Shown here piece by piece: positions 17,785 to 26,664 of a DNA stretch of 40,024 nt. The number at the start of each line of letters is the position of its first letter. Position 1 is the first letter of the stretch. The position numbers and the translations under genes were made by a program. The notes under the pieces are model-generated. The model had not been told where the DNA came from. It saw nothing but the letters and a program-made list of their open reading frames with translations, and made no database searches. Origin of the DNA: Promethearchaeota archaeon (lineage in GTDB: Archaea; Asgardarchaeota; Thorarchaeia; Thorarchaeales; Thorarchaeaceae); NCBI GenBank assembly GCA_048939765.1, contig JBHLPF010000023.1:19235-59258 (forward strand), written 5' to 3'.

Positions 17785-18825
17785 ATGAAACCCATTGACC
17801 TTCGCAGTGACACCGTCACAAAACCAACCGATGAGATGATTGAGGCCATCGTCAGAGCTCATAAAGAGGACAGATTCGGCGATGATGTAATTGGTGAGGA
17901 CGAGGTCGTCCAAGAGTTGCAGGACAAAGCCGCCAAGATTCTTGGTAAAGAGGCGGCACTCCTTGTCACGTCAGGAACTCAAGGAAATGTTATCTCTCTA
18001 CTTGCACAGACAAGAAGAGGAGACGAGATTGTTGTTGAGAGAAGTTCTCACACATTCCTCTTTGAGGGCGGGGCCATGTCATCACTGGGAGGTCTATACC
18101 CAAAGCCAGTGGATGGAATAAGGGGATACATTACCCCAGAGGCTCTTGAGTCGGTGATAAGCCAGGATGATGCTCACTATGCCAAAACATCAATGGTGGT
18201 CATTGAGAACACTCACAACTATGCTGGAGGGACGACAATTACACCTGAACAAGTGAGAGCACTGACAAAAAGGGCAAGAGAATATGGTCTGAAAGTGCAC
18301 TGCGATGGAGCGCGTCTTTTCAATGCATCAGTAGCTCTCGGAGTCCCCGCACACAGACTTGTGGAAGACTGTGACTCTGTACAGATATGTTTGAGTAAAG
18401 GACTCTCCGCTCCCATCGGGTCCATTGTTGCTGGGACTGAGGATTTCATACATGAAGGTCATAGGATTAGAAAGAAGCTCGGAGGAGGGATGCGCCAGGC
18501 TGGCGTCATAGCGGCTCCGGGTATCATCGCGCTTGAAAAGATGGTCGATCGGTTGAAGGATGACCACGCAAATGCTCAACTGCTCTATGAGCGTCTGTCA
18601 AAAATACCCAATCTGGGTCTGGCGAAACCTGATACCAACATCCTCTTTCTTGAGTTGGACGACCTTGACATCGACACAATGGGCCTTTCACAGGAGCTAG
18701 CAAAGCACGACATCAAGGTGTACGGAAGATACGGAAATCGAACTAGGATCGTACTTCACAGGATGGTTTCCAGAGAGGACACCATAAGAGTGGCAGACGC
18801 TATTGAGCAAATACTTACGCGTTAA
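17785..18825 (+). CDS. ltaE: Low-specificity L-threonine aldolase
   Basis: DLRSDTVT, SGTQGN, ENTHN, HCDGARLFNA, CLSKGLSAPIGS (PLP Lys) and GGGMRQAG. Confidence 0.95.
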   Translation: MKPIDLRSDTVTKPTDEMIEAIVRAHKEDRFGDDVIGEDEVVQELQDKAAKILGKEAALLVTSGTQGNVISLLAQTRRGDEIVVERSSHTFLFEGGAMSSLGGLYPKPVDGIRGYITPEALESVISQDDAHYAKTSMVVIENTHNYAGGTTITPEQVRALTKRAREYGLKVHCDGARLFNASVALGVPAHRLVEDCDSVQICLSKGLSAPIGSIVAGTEDFIHEGHRIRKKLGGGMRQAGVIAAPGIIALEKMVDRLKDDHANAQLLYERLSKIPNLGLAKPDTNILFLELDDLDIDTMGLSQELAKHDIKVYGRYGNRTRIVLHRMVSREDTIRVADAIEQILTR

Positions 18826-19229
18826 TCCTGCTTCTGGCAGAGTTCCACAAGCACACCGCCTGTGGACTTGGGGTGCACGAATGCAATTCGCATATTGTGA
18901 GCTCCAAGACGGGGCTCACGGTCTATGAGGCGAGCGCCATTCTCCTCATGTTGTTGTAGGGCCATTTCAATATCATCAACTCTTACTGCTATGTGATGTA
19001 TGCCTGGACCGCGTTTTTCAAGAAAGCGGGCTATGGGACTATCTTGGGCTATAGGCTCCAGTAGCTCGATGCTGCTCTCTCCAATCCCAAGGAAGGCGAC
19101 GCGCACCTTCTGTTCTTCAATGACTTCTTCGCCTCCATACTCGAGACCTAGCCCATCTTTAAAGTAGGGTAACACGGTCTCAATGCTCTCGACTGCAATA
19201 CCAATATGCTCAATCTTCTCAACTGCCAT
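18822..19229 (-). CDS. mce: Methylmalonyl-CoA epimerase
   Basis: HIGIAV, IELLEP, GIHHIA and FVHPKSTGGVLVEL; adjacent to the mutase. Confidence 0.95.
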   Translation of the reverse strand: MAVEKIEHIGIAVESIETVLPYFKDGLGLEYGGEEVIEEQKVRVAFLGIGESSIELLEPIAQDSPIARFLEKRGPGIHHIAVRVDDIEMALQQHEENGARLIDREPRLGAHNMRIAFVHPKSTGGVLVELCQKQD

Positions 19230-19239
19230 TTCTCATCAC

Positions 19240-20910
19240 CTAAAGAATATCTGGCGCCTTGTACTCACCAAATACATCACGCATCACACTGCATATCTCG
19301 CCTAATGTGGCATACACCTTGACTGCATCGAGAATCAGGGGAACCAAATTGGTATCACCCTCAGCTCCTTCCCTCAATGCATCAAGTGAAGCCCGGACCT
19401 TTGATGGATCGCGCTTGCTTCGAACCTCATTCAATTGTCTGACCTGTTCCGCCTCGGCCGCTGGATTGACTCGGAGATAGTCAAATTGCTGTTCCTCCTC
19501 AACAGTGAACTCATTTACACCGACAACTATTCTCTCTCCTGAGTCAATGCTTCTTTGATACTTGTAGGCGCTATTGTGAATCTCCCGCTGAATGAATCCC
19601 TGCTCAATAGCCACTGGAGCACCGCCCATCTCATCTATCCTCTCGATGTACTCAATGGCACGTTCCTCAATCTCTCTTGTTAAAGCCTCTACAAAGTATG
19701 ACCCTGCCATTGGATCAATCGTATCACCTACTGCAGTCTCGTGCGCAATGATTTGTTGGGTCCTGAGAGCAATTTGAACCGACTCCTCTGTTGGGAGTGA
19801 TAGAGCCTCATCCCGGGAATTGGTGTGCAAGGACTGTGTGCCTCCAAGGACTGCTTGAAGTGCCTGAAGAGTAACGCGGACCACATTATTATCTGGCTGT
19901 TGTGCTGTGAGTGTATAGCCTGCGGTCTGAGTGTGAAATCTCATTCTTGATGACTTGTCGTCTTTCGCTCCGAATCGTTCCTTCATGATCTTAGCCCATA
20001 GTCTGCGGGCAGCCCTGAACTTAGCAACCTCCTCGAAAAATTCGCTTGCTGAACCGAAGAAGAATGAAAGCCGAGAGGCAAAGGAATCGACGTCTAGGCC
20101 TGCTTTTATCGCTGCATCCACGTATGCAATGCCATTTGCTAGAGTAAAGGCAACCTCTTGTACAGCAGTAGAGCCAGCCTCCCGAATGTGATAGCCTGAG
20201 ATGCTGATAGTGTTGAAAAGAGGCATGTTCTCGGAACAGAACTTGAAGGTGTCAGTGATCAATCGCATCGAAGGTTTAGGAGGAAAGATATACGTCCCAC
20301 GGGCCGCATATTCCTTCAGGACATCATTCTGTAGGGTCCCTCTGAGCTTGTCCATAGACACTCCTTGCTTCTCACCTACTGCAATATACATGGCAAGCAA
20401 GACAGCAGCTGGCGAGTTTATGGTCATTGATGTACTGACTTTCTCAAGAGGGATTCCATCAAAGAGCACCTCCATATCGGCTAGTGAGTTTATTGCGACT
20501 CCAACCTTCCCGACTTCTCCTCTGGCTAGCTCATGGTCAGAGTCATATCCGATTTGCGTAGGGAGGTCAAATGCAATCGAGAGACCGGTCTGACCTTGAT
20601 CAAGGAGAAAGCGAAACCGTTCGTTGGTTTCTTTCGCAGTAGCAAATCCGCTATATTGACGCATGGTCCAGAACCGTCCGCGGTATGATGTTGGCTGAAC
20701 CCCGCGAGTAAATGGATATTCACCAGGAAATCCCAATTCCTCTAGATAGTCGATAGATGCAGTGTCCAAGGGCGTATAGATTCTCTTCACAGGGATTCCA
20801 GAAACAGTCATGAATTCCTTCTTACGTTCAGGGAATCTGCTCACAGTCTTATCGACAACAGTCTCCTTCCATCGCTTTAGCGCATGGGGAAGCTCTTCCT
20901 TCTCTCCCAT
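19240..20910 (-). CDS. mcmA: Methylmalonyl-CoA mutase, large (substrate-binding) subunit
   Basis: [18 protein letters not shown] (Tyr at the specificity position), [24 protein letters not shown] and GGTQSLHTN. Confidence 0.95.
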   Translation of the reverse strand: MGEKEELPHALKRWKETVVDKTVSRFPERKKEFMTVSGIPVKRIYTPLDTASIDYLEELGFPGEYPFTRGVQPTSYRGRFWTMRQYSGFATAKETNERFRFLLDQGQTGLSIAFDLPTQIGYDSDHELARGEVGKVGVAINSLADMEVLFDGIPLEKVSTSMTINSPAAVLLAMYIAVGEKQGVSMDKLRGTLQNDVLKEYAARGTYIFPPKPSMRLITDTFKFCSENMPLFNTISISGYHIREAGSTAVQEVAFTLANGIAYVDAAIKAGLDVDSFASRLSFFFGSASEFFEEVAKFRAARRLWAKIMKERFGAKDDKSSRMRFHTQTAGYTLTAQQPDNNVVRVTLQALQAVLGGTQSLHTNSRDEALSLPTEESVQIALRTQQIIAHETAVGDTIDPMAGSYFVEALTREIEERAIEYIERIDEMGGAPVAIEQGFIQREIHNSAYKYQRSIDSGERIVVGVNEFTVEEEQQFDYLRVNPAAEAEQVRQLNEVRSKRDPSKVRASLDALREGAEGDTNLVPLILDAVKVYATLGEICSVMRDVFGEYKAPDIL

Positions 20911-20920
20911 GATAGAACAC

Positions 20921-21898
20921 CTACTCTTTACTACTCTTTACAAGGAATTCCGCAATAAGCCTCTCAGCCACGGTGTATGGATCTTCGTTCCTCTTAGCGA
21001 TCCTATCTATGGCTTTAGTATACTCAGGCTCACCCCTAAGTCTGTCGAGAAGCTTGCGCGTCAGCCTGTATCTCATAAGATCCTCAAGCTCTTCTTGACT
21101 TCGTTTGAGGTCCTTTTTCTCCATGAGCCCTGACTTCTTCAAGAACTCAATATGCTCACCAATCTTCTCAACCAATTCGGTGATGCCCTCACCGGACCTA
21201 GCGTTTGTAAGAATGACTGGTGGGTTCCATGCTCTTTCTCGCTGATCCAAGTCCAGCATGGTTTCTATCTCTGACACCTTCTTTTCAGCACCGGGCAAAT
21301 CCGACTTGTTCACGACAAAGATATCGGCTATCTCCATTATACCCGCTTTTATCGCCTGAATGTCATCTCCACTACCGGGAACATCGGTGACAATCACAGT
21401 ATGAGCAATCTCAATGATCTCGACTTCTGATTGCCCTGCACCGACGGTTTCAACAATGATGACGTCCTTACCAAAAGCATCGACAGCTCTCACAGCATCC
21501 GAAGTGCTTCTTGCCAGTCCACCCAGATGACCACGAGTGCCCATGCTTCTTACATAGACATCGTCATCCACGGCGTGTTCCTGCATCCTAATACGGTCAC
21601 CAAGTAGCGCACCGCCAGAGAATGGACTCGATGGGTCCACACAAATGACACCAACAGTCTTCTTGGCCTTTCTGAATTCAGCTATTAACCGGGTCACAAT
21701 TGTGCTCTTTCCTGAACCAGGAGGACCAGTCATGCCAATGATATGCGCATCGCCGGTGTGTTTGTAGAGCTCTGCTAGAGCCTTTGTGGCGGCTGGGTCC
21801 TCATCTTCTATCATTGTGATAAGCTGTGCCAGTGCACGTCTCTTTCCCTTGAGGACTCCCTTGGCAACCTCAGATTTTGACAAACTGGCCGTCCTCAC
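20921..21898 (-). CDS. meaB: Methylmalonyl-CoA mutase-associated GTPase MeaB
   Basis: [36 protein letters not shown] and NKSD. Confidence 0.96.
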   Translation of the reverse strand: MRTASLSKSEVAKGVLKGKRRALAQLITMIEDEDPAATKALAELYKHTGDAHIIGMTGPPGSGKSTIVTRLIAEFRKAKKTVGVICVDPSSPFSGGALLGDRIRMQEHAVDDDVYVRSMGTRGHLGGLARSTSDAVRAVDAFGKDVIIVETVGAGQSEVEIIEIAHTVIVTDVPGSGDDIQAIKAGIMEIADIFVVNKSDLPGAEKKVSEIETMLDLDQRERAWNPPVILTNARSGEGITELVEKIGEHIEFLKKSGLMEKKDLKRSQEELEDLMRYRLTRKLLDRLRGEPEYTKAIDRIAKRNEDPYTVAERLIAEFLVKSSKE

Positions 21899-21906
21899 TT
21901 TTCAGA

Positions 21907-22308
21907 CTATAGCTTCACATTGGTCTTGATGTACTCAGTAATCTCATCAAGTGGAGTTCCAGGACCAAAAATCTCCGCTATGCCTGCCTTCTTCAGCTCA
22001 GCCACATCATCCTCAGGGATTATGCCACCACCCACGACGAGGATGTCATCAGCTCCTTCCTGCTTGAGTAGCTCCAACACCTTTGGGAATAGAGCCATAT
22101 GTGCTCCACTGAGAATACTCAATCCAATGCAGTTTGCGGCTTCATCAATAGCGGCACGAACTATCATTTCAGGGGTCTGTCGGAGTCCGGTGTAAATCAC
22201 TTCCATCCCAGCGTCTCGAAGGGCCCGAGCAACCACTTTAGCGCCCCTGTCATGACCGTCAAGCCCGGGTTTTGCAACCAGAACACGAATCTTCTTCGCT
22301 GAACTCAA
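21907..22308 (-). CDS. Methylmalonyl-CoA mutase, cobalamin-binding small subunit
   Basis: [12 protein letters not shown] (DxHxxG), SILSGAH and GGGIIP. TTG at 22308 follows GAGGTG (ORF track start is 22335). Confidence 0.95.
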   Translation of the reverse strand: MSSAKKIRVLVAKPGLDGHDRGAKVVARALRDAGMEVIYTGLRQTPEMIVRAAIDEAANCIGLSILSGAHMALFPKVLELLKQEGADDILVVGGGIIPEDDVAELKKAGIAEIFGPGTPLDEITEYIKTNVKL

Positions 22309-22428
22309 AAGCCCACCTCTTTCTTGAATGGACACGCTGAAACCCTTAGTGACGATATAAAGCCTTTCGATTCACAACAGGAATCTAGATACGAATCTAT
22401 TAGGAGCACTTGAGAGTCCCGTTTTGAG

Positions 22429-22707
22429 GTGGAAGATGCTATGCCGGTTGCTCCAGATGAAATGACGCAGTACGATTGGTTTGGACAAGCCAGAATATAT
22501 GAAACGACTGATGATTACGAATCAGCGCTTCAAGCGTTTGAAAAGGCAGTGGAGCTAAATCAGGATTTTGCCAAGGCCTGGTTCGATAAGGCAAATCTTC
22601 ACCATCAGCTTGGACAGAACTCTGAAGCTCTAGAATGCGGCAGAAAAGTATTGGAGCTAAGACCGGATTGGAAGAAACATCTTAGGAAGTTTCTACCCAA
22701 CATCTAA
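22429..22707 (+). CDS. Small TPR-repeat protein
   Basis: ALQAFEKAVELNQDFAKAWFDKA...ALECGRKVLELRP, about two TPRs. Start may be ATG 22441. Confidence 0.8.
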   Translation: MEDAMPVAPDEMTQYDWFGQARIYETTDDYESALQAFEKAVELNQDFAKAWFDKANLHHQLGQNSEALECGRKVLELRPDWKKHLRKFLPNI

Positions 22708-22716
22708 GAGAAATCA

Positions 22717-23136
22717 CTACTTCAAGGCCTCAGACGAGTCTGGGTATAGGAGAACATAGACCGCTTGATTCAGAGTCAGTATATTGCTATTCACCCATTG
22801 AAAGACCATGTCTACGTTCTCTTTCGATGAAAGCCTTCCTAGAGCGTCCATTGTTGCAGCCTTGCAGTCAGGGGTTTCAAGAAGGTCTTCAATAGTCTTC
22901 ACAAGAATCATCTGTCTGACATCTGGACTGGTTTCAGTCAACCAGTGAAGCACGCTGTCTTTGACTTCTGACTCGACACCAGAGTGAGCAGCAGCCTCAT
23001 TCAGAGTATTTGAAATCTCCTTCACAACTTCTTTATCTTTGAGATCCTTCAGCTCATTTTCAATGATTGTGACGATAACTTGAGTTATATCAGGATCACT
23101 TCGAAGAATGCCAACAAGATCAGCCCGGGCTTTCAT
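22717..23136 (-). CDS. Hypothetical helical protein
   Basis: Charged helical ORF MKARADLV...VYVLLYPDS. Start is uncertain (up to 23184). Confidence 0.7.
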   Translation of the reverse strand: MKARADLVGILRSDPDITQVIVTIIENELKDLKDKEVVKEISNTLNEAAAHSGVESEVKDSVLHWLTETSPDVRQMILVKTIEDLLETPDCKAATMDALGRLSSKENVDMVFQWVNSNILTLNQAVYVLLYPDSSEALK

Positions 23137-23235
23137 TGGGCCATTCTCTTCATCTCTAGTCAAGGGTGTCGAGACTCCTATCAAGTCTGACTTCTAGAAC
23201 CTTCCATTCCGAATATAGATGTTGCTCGTCTTGTA

Positions 23236-23979
23236 TCAGATATAGATCTCCAATTCCAACAATGAATCAACAATGAGGTCTGGAGCAGTTGACTGCCCAT
23301 ATTTCTCCAGCATCTCCTTAATAGACTGCTGTCGGTGGTTGACCCAGACTGTGTTGAGGCCTATGGACTTGGCGCCAACCATGTCATTGAAATACTCATC
23401 ACCTATCATGACTGAGCTTTCTGGTTTGGCACCCAACTTATCAAGAGCATATTTGAAAGGCGCGCTCTCAGGCTTGAATGCACGTATATCACTCCCATCA
23501 ACAACCACGTAGAAGAATCGGTCAAGTTCAAGCGCCTTCAAGATTTTTTCTGCATGACCCTCAAAGGAATTTGTGACGACTCCCATCTTAATGCCGCACG
23601 ATTGAAGTGATCCAAGTAGAGATTCAACACCAGGCATCTTCCTTGAAAGGTCCATGTGCAAGCGTTTGAAGATCTGTGATGCTTCTTCCAGGAGATCTTC
23701 ACTGAAATCAAGGTCCAGGTCGACTAATGTAGTACGAATGGCATCCTTGACAACTTGAACCGGCGTACGGTAATTTCCACTCTCTGCAACTTCCTTCAAT
23801 TCTAAGCGATAGTTCCGTACCAGAGTCATAACATATGACGCCATTAATTCCTCAGGAGTGGCTGAGTATTTTGCCAGCAACCATTCGCTAGCCCTGAGCG
23901 GATATGACTGCGTATCAGTGAGTGTAGAATCAAGATCGAACAGGATTGCGTCGAATGATCTCAGACTGAACTCTTTCAC
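23236..23979 (-). CDS. HAD-superfamily hydrolase
   Basis: FDLDSTL, VVTNS, KPE and MIGD-x3-D. Confidence 0.92.
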   Translation of the reverse strand: MKEFSLRSFDAILFDLDSTLTDTQSYPLRASEWLLAKYSATPEELMASYVMTLVRNYRLELKEVAESGNYRTPVQVVKDAIRTTLVDLDLDFSEDLLEEASQIFKRLHMDLSRKMPGVESLLGSLQSCGIKMGVVTNSFEGHAEKILKALELDRFFYVVVDGSDIRAFKPESAPFKYALDKLGAKPESSVMIGDEYFNDMVGAKSIGLNTVWVNHRQQSIKEMLEKYGQSTAPDLIVDSLLELEIYI

Positions 23980-23982
23980 AGA

Positions 23983-24753
23983 TTAGCCGCCCTTTCCCAG
24001 GTAGATTCCGTTAGGGTCTAGCTTGTGCATAATATCAATCTGTTCTTGTGTCGGTTCGCTAGTCGTAGGAATGTCATCGGGTACAATCAGATCGAACATG
24101 ATGTTGTCAAGAACATCTTGAACTGTATATCCAGGATGAACTGACATTAGTCGGATCTTCAGAGTATCTGGATCAAAGTCCATTTGACAAATGTCGGTGA
24201 TGACCACATCGGGTCCGCCACCTACCATAGACCATTTCTCACGTGAGCCAGGACCTTCTATATGACCCGGGCTTGTGAAGTAATCGAGTTTCTTGACAAA
24301 TTTACGCTTGTCATGCGTCATCATGACGATGAGACGCTTCGCTGAGGATGCGATGTCATTTCCTCCCCCACTACCAGGAAGCTTCACCAAAGGCTTCTCA
24401 AACGGACCGATATAGGTTGTATTCAGATTGCCGTACTCGTCAATCTGTGCAGCTCCCAAGAACCCAACATCAATGCGACCACCTTGAAGAATGAATCCCA
24501 AGGTTTCGATGAGACCAATGGCCGCTGAGCATCCGTAGTAATATCTAGTGTCAGCGACTGAGAGAGGCACCTCTCTTGGCCGAGCATCAATGAAACCAGC
24601 CTCGGAAATAAGGTTGGCATTTGGAGCATGAGTTTCCTTTGCTAGCAGGGCGGCCAATAAAGGCATTCCAGTACCACCAAAGACTGCCTCACCATCTCTT
24701 ACGTGACTTGATGCACAAGCGACCAAGAACTCTATCTTGCTATATTCGACCAT
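23983..24753 (-). CDS. Family I CoA-transferase beta subunit (GctB-like)
   Basis: GTGMP, ISEAG (catalytic Glu), FLGAAQID-x-YGNLN and LPGSGGGND. ATG 24753 follows GGAGG. Confidence 0.9.
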   Translation of the reverse strand: MVEYSKIEFLVACASSHVRDGEAVFGGTGMPLLAALLAKETHAPNANLISEAGFIDARPREVPLSVADTRYYYGCSAAIGLIETLGFILQGGRIDVGFLGAAQIDEYGNLNTTYIGPFEKPLVKLPGSGGGNDIASSAKRLIVMMTHDKRKFVKKLDYFTSPGHIEGPGSREKWSMVGGGPDVVITDICQMDFDPDTLKIRLMSVHPGYTVQDVLDNIMFDLIVPDDIPTTSEPTQEQIDIMHKLDPNGIYLGKGG

Positions 24754-24764
24754 CAACCTCCCTC

Positions 24765-25679
24765 CTAGTAACCCCAAGGCTTCTTTGCCTTCAGCTTGTT
24801 CAAATTCTCCCATCCTATCTTCTCAAGATACTCAGCGTGGTTCTCAACACCTAGAATGTATGTGTCCAAGTATTCCTGCCACCCCTCTTCTGTCCTTGTC
24901 AGTTTGTGAAACATCTGCAAGTGTTCGAGGTCATAGTCATAGTAGTTGTGGCACATCATCGGGTGAGCAGTGTAAGGCAAAATAACAACATGGTCAACAT
25001 ACATAGCAGGGATCTTTGTCTGGTCAGGATTCGTACGTATCTCCTCTTCATCTATGAGTTCCTCGGCAAGAACAATCAGCTTCTTTCCGCATCTTGAACC
25101 CTCGATGTCTTCCCCTACAATGCCATCTATCTGCGCATTGCCCGTCATGTCCACCCTCTGCACGTGTACTATACTGAAATCGGGCTTTACTGAAGGAACC
25201 AGACATATCTTCTCTCCAGTAAAGGGGCAATCCATGATCTTCAGCTTCTTGTCGCCCTTGAATCGAGCCAGATTTGCCATATCCGTTCCCATCAAGCTTC
25301 TGATGGGCATGAATGGCACATTGAGTGAGCCACCCAGAAACCGCATGGCCATTGCCAGATTACTATAGTCCTCGACCTGCAATCTGCCTTCTGCAACTCG
25401 TCGCCTGGCATTGTTCGACAAGCCTAGGGCCTCAATGGCAGTGAATGCAATCTCGAACTTGTCTGCGACTCCTGCGCCACACATTATTTCGAGATCGACC
25501 TCTGACCCACAGGTCTGGATGTTGAGGTTTCGCTTCTTCTGTCTAGTCAACTCATGTGCAAAAGCAATAGGTGCTCTCTGAAAGCCAAAACCACCCCAGA
25601 AAATCTCCGACCCATTAGGGACCATTTTCGCTGCTTCTGCGAGGGTGATCCTCTTGTCTTCTACTTGTGCCTCAGTCAA
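24765..25679 (-). CDS. Family I CoA-transferase alpha subunit (GctA-like)
   Basis: GGF-x3-RAP, PFMPIRSLMGTD, CPFTGE, HVQRVD-x2-GN and YYDYD. Confidence 0.9.
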   Translation of the reverse strand: MTEAQVEDKRITLAEAAKMVPNGSEIFWGGFGFQRAPIAFAHELTRQKKRNLNIQTCGSEVDLEIMCGAGVADKFEIAFTAIEALGLSNNARRRVAEGRLQVEDYSNLAMAMRFLGGSLNVPFMPIRSLMGTDMANLARFKGDKKLKIMDCPFTGEKICLVPSVKPDFSIVHVQRVDMTGNAQIDGIVGEDIEGSRCGKKLIVLAEELIDEEEIRTNPDQTKIPAMYVDHVVILPYTAHPMMCHNYYDYDLEHLQMFHKLTRTEEGWQEYLDTYILGVENHAEYLEKIGWENLNKLKAKKPWGY

Positions 25680-25763
25680 GACTACTCACCTTGTGTAGAA
25701 CATGGTGTTGCTCGAAGTCGGTCAAAGAAAGGTTCCTTTTATCTTTGACTGGATAAACCACTT

Positions 25764-25916
25764 CTAGGATGATTCCTGCTCGGTTTCATCATCTTCCTTA
25801 TCTCTGGATTTCTTGGGTTTGACGCCTTTTAGCCTCCAGCAATCAATACAAAGCATGCGGCCTGAAGGAACTCGTTTCCCGTACCGTTCAATTGTACCGC
25901 ATTTGTCGCAGGTCAT
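25764..25916 (-). CDS. 50-aa zinc-ribbon microprotein
   Basis: MTCDKCG-x15-CIDCW, then a basic and an acidic tail. ATG 25916 lies downstream of the hairpin terminator. Confidence 0.7.
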   Translation of the reverse strand: MTCDKCGTIERYGKRVPSGRMLCIDCWRLKGVKPKKSRDKEDDETEQESS

Positions 25917-26001
25917 AACGAAACTATGTTCGTGGAATAGTAGATTAATGCTATGATATGTAGAAGGAAAAAGACCTACTTTCGAAGTTCCAGATGAACC
26001 C

Positions 26002-26039
26002 AAAAAAGTAGAAGAGTGGTGTGCGGCAACACCACTCCC
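26002..26039 (-). terminator. Hairpin plus U6 terminator-like element
   Basis: GAGUGGUGU/ACACCACUC perfect 9-bp stem (26014-26037) with two G-U extensions, followed by T6 on the minus strand, just 3' of the 26060 stop. Confidence 0.6.
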
Positions 26040-26059
26040 TCTCTGCAATAATTGTCAGA

Positions 26060-26350
26060 TCACTTGAGCCTGCTCCAAGACGGTACCCCTTTGTACTCAC
26101 TTGATGCTAGGATGCCTCGCTCCTCCATGTTTTGCAAGTGCCATCTAAACTCGTTTCTTCCGACAACGATGTCGCCTGAGAGCAGATGGAACTTATGATA
26201 GAGCGTAGCCTCGAACTCAATGATCGCTTTTCCAAAGGCCCACATAATCAACTCCTCAACTTGCGGAGGGACTGTATTGGGTGGTGCCAATGGGGGCTCA
26301 ATAGACTCTGGTGGGCGTGCGCCTAACATTACCAATTGTATCACCATCAT
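26060..26350 (-). CDS. Small hypothetical protein, possibly winged-helix-like
   Basis: Likely start 26350 or 26329 (after GGTGAT). Helix-helix-'EFRWHLQNMEERGILAS'-beta-hairpin pattern. Confidence 0.6.
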   Translation of the reverse strand: MMVIQLVMLGARPPESIEPPLAPPNTVPPQVEELIMWAFGKAIIEFEATLYHKFHLLSGDIVVGRNEFRWHLQNMEERGILASSEYKGVPSWSRLK

Positions 26351-26664
26351 GCACTTCACTAGAGGATATATAATGACAATTTTGCAGACTATAAAAGCGA
26401 AGAAGAAATTGGAGCCCATAATGCTTGATTTTGTAAAATATGCTTCAAGATTGTTCAGAATACTTGAGTGGATTGTAATATCCCAGTTGTGCCAGTCATG
26501 TCTGCAAATTAGCGGAAAATTCACCGATTTATCGACAGTCTATGTGCTACAAATCCTCAAATTAACTTAGAGTCATGTGTAGACACCTGAAACGCCACAT
26601 TTCGGGATACGCATCCATTGAATGCTATCTCGAATCAATCGCCCATCTATCTGACGTGATTTCG

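Noticed and set aside
26351-26664. N-terminal extensions of the 26060 and 26575 ORFs, and ORF 26220-26570
   Set aside because: AT-rich divergent promoter region; downstream starts fit better with the RBS and signal-peptide positions.
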